Source of the DNA: a virus
Lineage: Duplodnaviria; Caudoviricetes
Strand: one strand, 5' to 3'
Length of the DNA: 64,000 nucleotides
IMG/VR virus record: IMGVR_UViG_3300020043_005956
Location: 2,241 to 66,240 of that record
The position numbers were made by a program, and so were the translations under genes. The notes beneath the pieces were generated by a model. That model did no database searches. It was not told the DNA's origin and saw only the letters and a list, made by a program, of their open reading frames with translations. This document shows positions 27,730 through 38,400 of this stretch, in pieces; positions within the stretch are counted from its first letter, which is position 1, and each line of letters begins with the position of its first letter.

Positions 27730-28442
27730 GCGAAATTCACGGAACATACGCAAAGGTTAGTATGGATGAGGTAATCCAACAAGCTAAATCTGAACTTGAT
27801 ATTGAGAACACAACCCAATGGGATTTGTTTTTGCAAGTTGAGGGAGAGGAAGCTGTTAGAAATCTTAATTGCCAATCGCTTGTTTACAAAAAGCAAGAAT
27901 GTATTGATATTTGCGAGGGGCAAACTCCGTTGCCTTGCGGTTTTTATAAGTTTTTAGGATTAAGGTACTACGACCAAAGGTTGGGTAATTGCCAAAAAGT
28001 TATTTATGCAGACACAATGTTTTTAAATGCAGAGGGTTGCAACAATTGGCCCTTCCCTGCGGGGGAAACAAGTTGGTTTACCAAAAATTGGTTTACCGCA
28101 ATGCAGATAGTAAACGGAAAGATGAGTTTTGTTAATGGACACGGTTTTGACAAAGCTGTTATTGCTTACCTTGGCTTTAATGTGGACGAGAATGGACACC
28201 TTATAATATACGAACACTACGTTAGGGCTGTTAAGGCGTATATGAAATATCGTTTTATGATGAAAAAGCCGCAGAACTATGTTCGTATGCAAATTGACGA
28301 TGCTATGGCAGAATGGAAGGCGCAAAAAAGATTTGTTAAAGGGGAGGACAATGCCTTTAATGCTGATTTATACAGAAGGGAGATTATGGCAGCAATGACC
28401 GCTTTAATTGTTTCACCGACAATACCAACTTGGACTTATTAA
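27726..28442 (+). CDS. tail ring/tubular protein
   Basis: AYLGFNVDENGHLII...AVKAYM motif; position. Confidence 0.65.
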   Translation: MSEIHGTYAKVSMDEVIQQAKSELDIENTTQWDLFLQVEGEEAVRNLNCQSLVYKKQECIDICEGQTPLPCGFYKFLGLRYYDQRLGNCQKVIYADTMFLNAEGCNNWPFPAGETSWFTKNWFTAMQIVNGKMSFVNGHGFDKAVIAYLGFNVDENGHLIIYEHYVRAVKAYMKYRFMMKKPQNYVRMQIDDAMAEWKAQKRFVKGEDNAFNADLYRREIMAAMTALIVSPTIPTWTY

Positions 28443-28443
28443 G

Positions 28444-31400
28444 ATGCCTGAACAATCAGTTGTACCTATTGGAAATTTAAACCTTGATGTTGATATAGCA
28501 AGGATTAAGGATGGCGATTATTCAAACGCTTTGGATATTACTTTCATAACAGACGAAGGTGGGTCAAGTGTTAGTGCTGAAAACCAATATGGAAACAAGT
28601 TTTCCTTTAAGTTAGGAAGTGTTGTTCCGCAGGTAAAGAAGTTTGTGATAAATATGCCCTCAAGCACGATTCCAAACGATATTCATTCTGCAACAGTATT
28701 TAGAAGCAACGGACTGCCTTGGTTTAGTTTTAATTTTTATTATCTTCCAACCCAAGCGCAAACTATATTAGATTTTGAAAGCGAATTTATATCTGAAATA
28801 AACGTAGCAGCTTCTTCGCCTCCATTCCCTTTTCAATCGTCTTTAAACGGTGGAGTTTATTCTATTTGGCTTGCACAGGACGGTCTTGATTGGAATATCC
28901 TTATTGATGGAGTTCCGCAAACAATTATTCAAGAGCCTGTTGGTAAACCTGGAATATTTAAGCCAATTGGAAGTTCGTATATTGACAACGACCTATTTGT
29001 TTGGTCTTGTGTAACTGATGATGAACCTTTGAAAGTTGACGTTGTAAATAGTCAGCAATTAGGGCAAATGATTGTCGTGAACACAGTTCCTTTTGCTAAT
29101 CCATATATCGGTTTACAACACGTTTATATTAGCGGAACAAACAATGGAATGGACGGAGCTTGGCTTGCTCAAAATAGCGTTGGTAGTCCTTTTTCATTCT
29201 TGCTTATTGGAAGCCAATGGACGGTCAATTCAAGCGGTGGAACAATACTTATAGGAACAGAGGCGATAGGAGAGCTTGGAGTTGCTCAATATACGGAAGG
29301 AACAGATTCGTATACATACACAAGACTTGCAAGGTCAAGGAAATTTAACTTTGTTTCAAAGCATCAAATTGACGCTCGTCCAACCGAAAGGAACATAAGA
29401 AGTACAAATTTCTATTGGACTGACAATTATAACCAACAAAGGTGTATGTACTATAAAGGTGCATACATTCAAGATGGTTTTATTTCTTATTTAAACCCTT
29501 TAGGGCTATACGAGTATCAAACATTTAATGAAGAAATACGTTCGCAAGTAATTGCTAATTTTAAGGTTCAATTTGTTTCGCAAGATTCAATAGGTGGAGC
29601 AGTAAAGGCAGGAAACCATAGGTACGTTGTAAGGGCAAGGAGTAGCGGAAGAAATAAAACTGAAATATCATTACCATCAGGACTTATAAACGTATACGCT
29701 CAACCAAATAACAATTTGGCTTTAGGGGCAGAAGTAGGAACTGCAACTTCAAAAATAAATAATTTAAGAATAACCAATATACCTCCTGGGATATTTGAAC
29801 AAATTGAACTTATAGACATTCTTTATAGTTCAAGTGTTGGACTTATTAGTGCTACTGTTGTAAATATTTATGATTTAAACCCAAACACAATAGAGTTGAA
29901 TGTTAGCCATACGGGCAATGAAACGGGTCAGTTTGGTGTTGATTTGGCTGAAATTGAATATATAACAGAGATTTATAAAACCGTAAAAAGCAACCAAGTG
30001 ATTGACAACAGAATGGTCAATACAAATGTTACTTTATACGAAGAGCTTGACTTGTCGGAGTTTTTTAAAACTTGGAAACATAGTATTGTAAGAAAACCAA
30101 TACAAGATAGTGGAAACTTTTTTGCAGAAGGAGATTTGTTTTACAACAATCCAAGCGTTCTTCTTACGGCCAAAGTTGGTAAAAATAATTTAAAATATGG
30201 AGAATATCAAGACCCAATTAATGTAAATCAGAATATGAGCCTTATGTTGAATGAAACATATAGGTTTATGGCAGTTTGTAAAAGAAAAGATAATGGTCAG
30301 CTTACTTCTGCCTTTTGGATTGATGACATTTGTATTAATAGTAGGGCTGCAAACGAAAATGTATTAGGCCAAGCGATTACAACAAATAGAAGGGTTGGGA
30401 CTGTGCCTGATGAATCGTTAATATACGGTCAGCCTACGCCGAATATTGGCCAAACCCATAGGCTTGGAGGACAAGACACCTATTCTTTAGCCCCCTTACC
30501 TCCGCCTGATGTTTCTATTTTGTATGATAATGGAACCATATTCGTTCAGCAAGGTCACAACTTGACAACAGGAGATACGGTATATGTATATGGGCTTGGA
30601 GGGGCTGGGGCTGTTGCTAATGGAGTTGATACTGGAGCTTTTTTTCAAGTTACCGTTATTAATAGTTTGGCATTTTCTTTGAATGGATGGGTTTATGGTG
30701 GTGCTATTTATGGCGATGGTTTAACTTTAAGTTATTGGAGTACATCAATAAATACTCCTATATGGGGAGGTTTCACTCTTTTTACTTATGGCGTAGAGTT
30801 TAGCGGATTTAATTTAAGTTATAAAATAAACGGATTGCCCATATTTGATTTAATTGATGAAATATACATATTTAGAGCAGATTGTATACCCGAAATATTA
30901 TTTACGGGAGTCATGGTTCCGTTGTCTTATGGCGCAATAAATGTAGGAGGTGATAATTTTGGAGCAAATCCTTCAAATCAAATTTCGGACTTTATAGATT
31001 CAGTTGGTAGTCACGCAATTAACTTTGGTGGAAATTATTACAGAGATTATAGCCAATATGCGGCAAATATAAGGTATCAAGCCCAAGTTGCTTTTTATAG
31101 CGCAGACCACGATATGTCAGGAAATAATGCTGGTCTATTTTTAAATAGTGATATCGTACTTAACTACGGGCCTCTTGCATTTTGCAGAAGTTCTCATGGT
31201 CTCACACAAATTGAGGGTCTTGGAAAACAAGCTTTTGCCACAACAGTTATGGAGTTAGGTTTTTTTATGAAAAACACTCCTCCGATTGTTGTTCAAAACA
31301 TGACAGGCGGTGCTTTTGTTGAAGAAGGCGGCATCTATACAAATCCGCAAAACTTTGCAAACTATGTAAAAACGCAATATGGAAGTACATCAACACATAC

Positions 31401-33300
31401 TAACTATTACAATCTTGCTGCTTCTTGGTATTTAGATTTAAATCAATCTATATGGAATTGGAATACAGACCCAATTCAACAAGGGTTTATTGATACAATA
31501 TGTTATGGACAATATTATAGACCAAAAGCTTATAACCCAAGCAACCCAGAATCTAATAAATACGGAAGGTTTGACCAAACTATAAGTTATTTTACGGGTG
31601 TAACTGTTGATTTAAAATCAACAGCCGTAGCCCCATATTTAGGTTCACTTATGCCAACGGGATTAATTCAAGTTTACAATGGCGATGTTTATAATCAGAA
31701 ACATTTTCATAAAATAAGGATTCCAACAAGTGGAACAACAGGAGCATCTGACAAGTGGGTTGCTGGTGGTGGTGCTATAATTTATTATGGTCAAAATAGG
31801 AATAATTCAAGAATGGTTAGCCAAGTCAATACAAATGGCGACCCTCAATTTCCTATAACAAATTATGGCGGATGGCTTGGCCCTGAAAAAAACGCAAGGC
31901 CTGCGTATAGTGCTACTTATAATTTTTGGTCTAAATTAAAAAGCAAAAAAAGCTACTCAATTGATGTTCGTGATTATGCAGCCCCATCCCGAACTGTTTA
32001 CTCCGCTTTAAAACCTCAAGACGGAACGTATGATGGTTATAGGGACTTTCAGCCGCTTGATTTTCTTGATGTTCCTATGACCGATGGAGAAATAACCCAT
32101 CACGAAAAGGTAAATGGCGAGTTGTTTATACAGCAAGTTAAGAAGTGGCTTAAATACTTCTTCAACACAAGGGGTGAACTTCAAGTTACAGGCAATTCAA
32201 CTTCAATTGCAATTGGCGATGGAAGCGTTCTTGCTCGTCCACCAATCGAACTTTCCGCCTATGGTTCAAGAAACAAATGGTCTTTTATAAAAGGCAAAAG
32301 CGTTGGAGGGCAAGAAGTTGTTTACATATTTGATTTGACCTCAAAAGCTATCATCAGATACGCTGGGGATGGCACAAGGAACATTTCTCTTGAAAACAAT
32401 ATTGACAGCTTTATACGCAATAATACACGCTTTTTGGATGGTGTTGATACTCCCGCTTGGAAGTATGGTATTGCAGGGGTTTGGAATGAAAAAAGAAAGG
32501 TTGCCATTTGGACTGCAAGGGCTATTAACCCAACAAAACCTATTTGGTTTGTAACATTGCCTTATCAGGTAGGGGATATAGTTTGGTTTGGTGACAACAA
32601 TACAGATGCAGGATGGGAACAGTTGCCTGCTTTTTTTGAATGTATACAAGCAAACAATGGTTCTTTATCCAACAAGCCATTAAGTGGTGCTGATTGGCAA
32701 GACTATTGGGTTCAGTTACCTTTGTCCGACAATAGGGTTTATAATGTTTGGACGTTAGAATTTAACGAACTAAAGAATGGATTTAGTACCTTTGGCACTC
32801 CAAAACCTAAAATCTATATGCCATTTAGAAATACAGTTCTTACGGGCGACCCAAGGGTTAGTTTATCTAATCAGTATGAACAAGATATTTACGAGCAAGA
32901 CAATGGTGAAAAAGGCGTTTGGTATGATTACAGAACGGGTGAGGGGCTTTATGCCGATGGTTTTATAGAGCTTGTTTTTAATTCACAAACGCAGGATATT
33001 AAACATTATTTAGCCCTTCGTGTAAATAGTTTGATAAAACCTTTTAAATTTGAACTTTTTACGAAAAAGAATCAAACTTTCATGTTGGCTTCGGATGTTG
33101 AAGAAAGGGAGGATTTGTTCTTTACTGCTGTAAAAAATGACTCTAATACGCCGCCGTATATTGGTCAAAACGACCAAGATACTTCTGCTATTTTTGGTCA
33201 ATATGTAAAAATTAAAATGTACTTTGAAAAAAGAACAAGGCAATATTTAACTGATTTGATGGTAAGGTTTAAATTTAGTCCAAGAAACTCAAATAAGTAA
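28444..33300 (+). CDS. tail muzzle/stabilisation protein (P22 gp10-like, crAss-type)
   Basis: GNLNLDVD...GDYSNALDI N-terminus, YWTDNYN motif, LNETYRF; about 1620 aa. Confidence 0.8.
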   Translation: MPEQSVVPIGNLNLDVDIARIKDGDYSNALDITFITDEGGSSVSAENQYGNKFSFKLGSVVPQVKKFVINMPSSTIPNDIHSATVFRSNGLPWFSFNFYYLPTQAQTILDFESEFISEINVAASSPPFPFQSSLNGGVYSIWLAQDGLDWNILIDGVPQTIIQEPVGKPGIFKPIGSSYIDNDLFVWSCVTDDEPLKVDVVNSQQLGQMIVVNTVPFANPYIGLQHVYISGTNNGMDGAWLAQNSVGSPFSFLLIGSQWTVNSSGGTILIGTEAIGELGVAQYTEGTDSYTYTRLARSRKFNFVSKHQIDARPTERNIRSTNFYWTDNYNQQRCMYYKGAYIQDGFISYLNPLGLYEYQTFNEEIRSQVIANFKVQFVSQDSIGGAVKAGNHRYVVRARSSGRNKTEISLPSGLINVYAQPNNNLALGAEVGTATSKINNLRITNIPPGIFEQIELIDILYSSSVGLISATVVNIYDLNPNTIELNVSHTGNETGQFGVDLAEIEYITEIYKTVKSNQVIDNRMVNTNVTLYEELDLSEFFKTWKHSIVRKPIQDSGNFFAEGDLFYNNPSVLLTAKVGKNNLKYGEYQDPINVNQNMSLMLNETYRFMAVCKRKDNGQLTSAFWIDDICINSRAANENVLGQAITTNRRVGTVPDESLIYGQPTPNIGQTHRLGGQDTYSLAPLPPPDVSILYDNGTIFVQQGHNLTTGDTVYVYGLGGAGAVANGVDTGAFFQVTVINSLAFSLNGWVYGGAIYGDGLTLSYWSTSINTPIWGGFTLFTYGVEFSGFNLSYKINGLPIFDLIDEIYIFRADCIPEILFTGVMVPLSYGAINVGGDNFGANPSNQISDFIDSVGSHAINFGGNYYRDYSQYAANIRYQAQVAFYSADHDMSGNNAGLFLNSDIVLNYGPLAFCRSSHGLTQIEGLGKQAFATTVMELGFFMKNTPPIVVQNMTGGAFVEEGGIYTNPQNFANYVKTQYGSTSTHTNYYNLAASWYLDLNQSIWNWNTDPIQQGFIDTICYGQYYRPKAYNPSNPESNKYGRFDQTISYFTGVTVDLKSTAVAPYLGSLMPTGLIQVYNGDVYNQKHFHKIRIPTSGTTGASDKWVAGGGAIIYYGQNRNNSRMVSQVNTNGDPQFPITNYGGWLGPEKNARPAYSATYNFWSKLKSKKSYSIDVRDYAAPSRTVYSALKPQDGTYDGYRDFQPLDFLDVPMTDGEITHHEKVNGELFIQQVKKWLKYFFNTRGELQVTGNSTSIAIGDGSVLARPPIELSAYGSRNKWSFIKGKSVGGQEVVYIFDLTSKAIIRYAGDGTRNISLENNIDSFIRNNTRFLDGVDTPAWKYGIAGVWNEKRKVAIWTARAINPTKPIWFVTLPYQVGDIVWFGDNNTDAGWEQLPAFFECIQANNGSLSNKPLSGADWQDYWVQLPLSDNRVYNVWTLEFNELKNGFSTFGTPKPKIYMPFRNTVLTGDPRVSLSNQYEQDIYEQDNGEKGVWYDYRTGEGLYADGFIELVFNSQTQDIKHYLALRVNSLIKPFKFELFTKKNQTFMLASDVEEREDLFFTAVKNDSNTPPYIGQNDQDTSAIFGQYVKIKMYFEKRTRQYLTDLMVRFKFSPRNSNK

Positions 33301-33304
33301 AACA

Positions 33305-33943
33305 ATGATTTCACAGATTATAGGAGGTGCTTTTCAATTAGATACAGCAAAAAAAGCTATGAAGGCTTTGGAGGCTCAAGGCGTTAGTCCTTTATCTTCT
33401 GAATATTTAAAGATGCAAGGAATTGCAGAAGAGATGGCTAATCAAGGCTTTACAGGCCCCGAAATTGAGGCTTATATGAATCAACAATTAACTGCCTCAA
33501 ATGCCGCCTTTAATGCTCAACGCAATATGGCGGGAGGGAATCTTGCCCAAGCGATGGGTGCGACCCAAGCATTGCAAATGCAACAAGCGAATGCGGCAAT
33601 GGCGGCCAAAAGTGCGGATTTAAAGCGTTCAAATGTTCAAACATTATTTAATGTTTATCAAACTCTTCAAGGTCAGAAAAATTTAAACCAAGACAGATTT
33701 GATAGGCAAATGGGCGCATTGCAAAATCAATACAATAAAGGATTGGAAGGTATTGTTGGCGGCATAGGAAGTGTTGAGAATTTAGCAATAGCTGGTTTGA
33801 CGGGTGGCGCAGGTGGAATGTTAAGTTCTGTTGTTGGTGGCGTTGGTAAAGGTTTGCTTGGTGGTAATAAACAAAAAGTTCCAGGCACTATGGAATTTGA
33901 TTATAATCCAAACAAGGTAAATGACGAATTTAATTTTGGCTAA
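33305..33943 (+). CDS. internal virion/ejection protein
   Basis: Gly/Ala/Gln-rich, follows the muzzle gene. Confidence 0.65.
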   Translation: MISQIIGGAFQLDTAKKAMKALEAQGVSPLSSEYLKMQGIAEEMANQGFTGPEIEAYMNQQLTASNAAFNAQRNMAGGNLAQAMGATQALQMQQANAAMAAKSADLKRSNVQTLFNVYQTLQGQKNLNQDRFDRQMGALQNQYNKGLEGIVGGIGSVENLAIAGLTGGAGGMLSSVVGGVGKGLLGGNKQKVPGTMEFDYNPNKVNDEFNFG

Positions 33944-33946
33944 AAA

Positions 33947-35497
33947 ATGGCATACATAGTTTCACCATACGCAGGAGCAGCAGAATTTCCAAGCGACAAT
34001 CTACCAGCGCAGCTTTTATCACAAGGTTTGCAAGCTGGCTACGCTCGCCGTATGAAAGAAATGGAGAACAAGATGAAGTTGCAGGAAGAGGGGAAAAAGG
34101 CTTTTGATGAAGCGTATAAATACGCAAAGCTTGATTTAAGCAAGGTTGACCCAGTTTACCACGATGAGTTAAAGAGTTTATCGGATAATTTGGGTAAAAA
34201 TATGGTTGCTGCTTATCAAGACAACCCAAGAGCGTTTTCAAACAATACCGCCATTGCAGAAGATATTCGAAGGTTAAACACGCTTAAAACCGAGTATGAA
34301 GCTCTAAGTTCTGATATACAAAAGGCGGATGACGCTCAAAGGCAACTTAAACAAAAAGGAGACTTTGATATTACCCCTACTGAAAATAGAAAAATACTTG
34401 ATGCTTTGCGAGTTGAAAAAGACCCTGCTAAAAGGAAGGAATTATTTGAAGCATTTAAAGGTGGGTATAGAGGCGGCGAATTAGATGCAGTAACGCTTAA
34501 AGTTGCACCTTATAGGCTTAATGATTGGGCTCAAGAGGTTGAAAACTTGCAAAGGCAAGTTAACTTAAGGGAAGAGCCTTATCCACAAAAGGAATTTGTT
34601 ATTAAAACAGTAACAAATAACCCCAAGAAGCTAAAAGATATTGCAGATGAAATTGGCGTTGACGCTTCAACACCCGAAGGAATGGCGCAAGTTGAAAAAG
34701 CACTTGCATCTTATTTGACGGAAAACAAAAAACCTGCTCCGCAAGGTGGGGGTTATGGATTAGGTTATGCTTCTTCCATAACAAATCCAACACCTGGCAG
34801 AGTGGATTTTGGTATGACTACGGAAAAACAAGGGGGAGGAACAATGACGGCACAATCTTCTGTTACCTCGCCCGCTCAAATTACTTTTTCTACTGCAATG
34901 CCAACAACGCTTGTTCAACCATCAGTTTCATATGGTCTTGAAAATGGTAAAACATTAAATACCGATGCTGATTTTAAGGATAACAAGCTACTTGAGGTTG
35001 CTTTGAGTAAAGTTGCTTTATTGCCTGTATATAAAAAGGGCGTTACAAGGAAAGGCGGGGTTGACGTTTCGGGAGAAATTGTTGACGACTTGAATCTTAA
35101 TGATGAAAGATTAAATGGCAAATATGAGTATAAGGTTTTTGCAATAGGCCAAGGAACGAAGGAAGTTAGTGCAGGTAGCAGAGGCAAGGAATTGATAACA
35201 AAAGATTTGTATATCCCAATAAATCAAGTAAAAGACGCAGTTTGGGATAAACTTGCCCAATCAGAAAAGGAAAGCGTTATGAAGAACATTTTTGATATGA
35301 AGGAATTGGCGAGAGATTATAATTCTAAATTAACTCCACCTTCAAGTAGCGGAAAGCCTGCTGCTGAAAAGCCGAAGGGTGAGGCAAATAAAAACGTAGG
35401 AAAAATAATTGTTTTAGTAAACGGCAAACAAGTTCAAATACCAGAAGACCAATGGGAAAACCTTAGAAAAAAATATCCAAATGCAACAAGACAATAA
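33947..35497 (+). CDS. internal virion/ejection protein
   Basis: helical N-terminus; position before giant cargo genes. Confidence 0.65.
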   Translation: MAYIVSPYAGAAEFPSDNLPAQLLSQGLQAGYARRMKEMENKMKLQEEGKKAFDEAYKYAKLDLSKVDPVYHDELKSLSDNLGKNMVAAYQDNPRAFSNNTAIAEDIRRLNTLKTEYEALSSDIQKADDAQRQLKQKGDFDITPTENRKILDALRVEKDPAKRKELFEAFKGGYRGGELDAVTLKVAPYRLNDWAQEVENLQRQVNLREEPYPQKEFVIKTVTNNPKKLKDIADEIGVDASTPEGMAQVEKALASYLTENKKPAPQGGGYGLGYASSITNPTPGRVDFGMTTEKQGGGTMTAQSSVTSPAQITFSTAMPTTLVQPSVSYGLENGKTLNTDADFKDNKLLEVALSKVALLPVYKKGVTRKGGVDVSGEIVDDLNLNDERLNGKYEYKVFAIGQGTKEVSAGSRGKELITKDLYIPINQVKDAVWDKLAQSEKESVMKNIFDMKELARDYNSKLTPPSSSGKPAAEKPKGEANKNVGKIIVLVNGKQVQIPEDQWENLRKKYPNATRQ

Positions 35498-38400
35498 AGA
35501 TGATTTTTCAGAATTTGGAGGAGTTGTAATTGGCGACGCCCCAAAAAGTGATGATTTTTCAGAATTTGGAGGAGTTGTTATTGGCGACGCCCCTCAAAAA
35601 AAAAATTCTGTTTCAACCACTTCACCGATTGGTGGCAAAGTTGGGGCATCCGCAATCCCTTCTACTGGAAATGAAGTTGCTGGTTTGCTTGGTGTCAAAC
35701 CGATTAAGCCAACTCAATACGCTACTCCTACCCCATTGGTTGAAAAGGCAAAAACGATTGTCGAGCCTGTTGGAAAAAATTATGGACTAAGACCCGATGG
35801 CACAAAAAAAGATGTAGGTTATTTCGGTGAACTAAAAACAAAAAGCGGCAATTCTGTTACTGAATATTCGTTTGGAACTTCGGATGTCAACGGAAAAGAA
35901 ATGGACATTCCAAGTCTTGTTCCAACATTAACTCCGCAAGAGAAGCAATATGTCTTAGACAGGGCAGAAAAAGACGAACCACTTGGGCGTGATGCAATTG
36001 GTAATTCGATTTATAAAAAAGCCGTTGACCATGCAAAGCAAAGGCTGAAGGAAGGAAAAAGCCCGTTTTATAGTTCGGAGGAAGCAAAAAAAGTTTCTAC
36101 GGGTGATGAAGTTGCCAACTTATTAGGCGTAAGAACTGCACCTAAAACTTTAGGCGAACTCGGCCAAACAACCTTGCCATTAGCAAAAGACCAAAAAGGT
36201 TCTGCGCAGCGTGTTACTGCTCTGTACGAGCAAAAAGCTAAAAAAACCGACGATTTTATTCAAGAAAAGAAAAAGCTGAATGAACTTGAGGCGAAATTAA
36301 ATCAAGCCAAAAAGGACTCAGAAGAATACAATGTGATTGTTGAAGATTTCAACAAAGCCGTCGAAAGCCACAATAAAAAACTTGCCGAAAGAGAAATTCT
36401 TGCCAATGAAATAAAGGCCGCCGAAATGGGGTACAGGGAAAAGTATGGAGAAGGCAATAGGCTTGGATATTTTTATAATTCTTTCTTGAAAGGAATTGGC
36501 GGGATGAGTTCGGGCGTTGCTGATGCTTTTTTTAACGTTGCAAGAAATATTCCTGGCGTTGTTGCACCTTCAATGGAAGGGGAAGATATAACCGAGTTTA
36601 GGAAACAAATAGAACCATCCATAAGGGAAGGATTGAAAGAAAAAGTTGGGGTGGGAATTGTTCCAGAAAAAGAAAAGAAGTACAATGATGAATTTTGGAC
36701 TTCTGCGATTGGTGGGTTAACGGCTTCTGTTCCTGCAATGATAGCCCCATACGGAAGCGGACTAATTGCTCAAGCCTACGATGCAGGGCTTGAATCAATT
36801 AACTCTATTGAAGAAGGTCAAAAGCTACCCGAAACGACGAAAACAATATTTGCATCAAGTGTTGGATTGGCGCAAGGGATGCTTGAAAAGTATGGACTTG
36901 ATAAGATTTTCGGCAAACAATCGGCGGCTGTTTCAAAAAAACTTGCTGCTGATGTTATTCAGAAAGCATTAGCAAGTGGTGAAAAGACAATAACTAAAGA
37001 ATCGTTTGAGGCTGCTTTAAAGCAAAGCGTGTCGGGGCTAAAAGACAAAATAGTAAAAGCGGGAGGAAAAATTGGAGAGGCTGTTGCAGTAGAATTTAGC
37101 ACAGGGGCGGCGCAGGAGGCGTCAACAATTGCGGCTGAAAGATTATTGAATGCAAGTCAAGGAAAGGATGTTTTCGAGCCAACGTCTTGGGGAGAAACGA
37201 CAGGAAGGATTTTGTATGCAGGTTCACAAGAAGCTGTTGGGGGAGGGCTACTTGGTGCTGCTTCTGCTCCATTTAGCAAGACCAGAAATTACATAGCTGA
37301 AAAAGTTGCAGATGCGAAAACGCAAGAGGATTATCAGGCGTTAAGAAAAGAGTTTACTGAAAACGTAAGCCCTGAACAGGCAGATGCTGCAAACAAAATT
37401 ATTGACTATTACGCCAATGTGAACTCAAAAATACCTGACAATGTACCTAACAGAAAAGAGGTGATTGAAAAGGTTGTTGAAAGGGACGATATAAAAGAAG
37501 AGATTGCAAGGAAACAGCAAGAGTTGGAGCAAGTTGACGAGGCTTTTCGGCCTAAGATACAAGAGGAAATTGACGCATTAAACGGAAGGGTTGCGGAGTT
37601 AAATGAAGAAATTGCCAATCCTGTCATAGCCCAAGAAGCTGTTGTAGAAGAACAACCATCCCAACCAATCATCACGAAAAACACCACTCCAACAGACGAA
37701 AAGTATGGAACTATTGATAGGGGTGACGGCAAAGGTGTTATAGACTTAACAAGGGCTGAATACGAAGCGGAGATTGCAAAGCAGCAACCCGCCCAAGCCT
37801 TTGAGGAAATTCCAGAAATTTCTGAAGAAAAAAAATCTTTAGAAAGCGAGATTTTATCAGAAGAAGAATTTATAAATAAAACAAAAAATAACAGAAATTT
37901 TTTCAGAAAGATATTGGATAAAATTGGAGGTGTTAGTTATGATAAATATTTAAAGAATGCAAAAGAAAAATTGGCTTTATTAGAAAAAAACCCTTTAGCT
38001 TATTTTGAAAAAGAATTAAATGCTGAAATTGAATGGGGTAAAAAAGACCCAAGTGATATTAATGAAGGACTTATAGAATACTACAAGGGTGCTATCGAAA
38101 AATTAAAAAATCAACAACAAAAACAGCCTACCGCCGAAGAAGTTGTTGTTGACGAATCCCCCGCTTTTGAAACTGACCAAACTGAGGCGGCACAACCGAT
38201 TGAATTAAGTGTTGGGGAAGAAGCCATAACGCCCCAAGAAGAGCAACCTACTCAACAAGGCGAAGAAAACGTAAATCCTGCCTTAAACGACGTTGAGAGT
38301 AAGGCTAAAGCGTTGGAGCTTAAAAATGAAGGTAAAGCTGATACTCCAACAAAAGAAAATGTTACAGAAAGGCTTAGTATTAATAATCCATTTTATAAAA

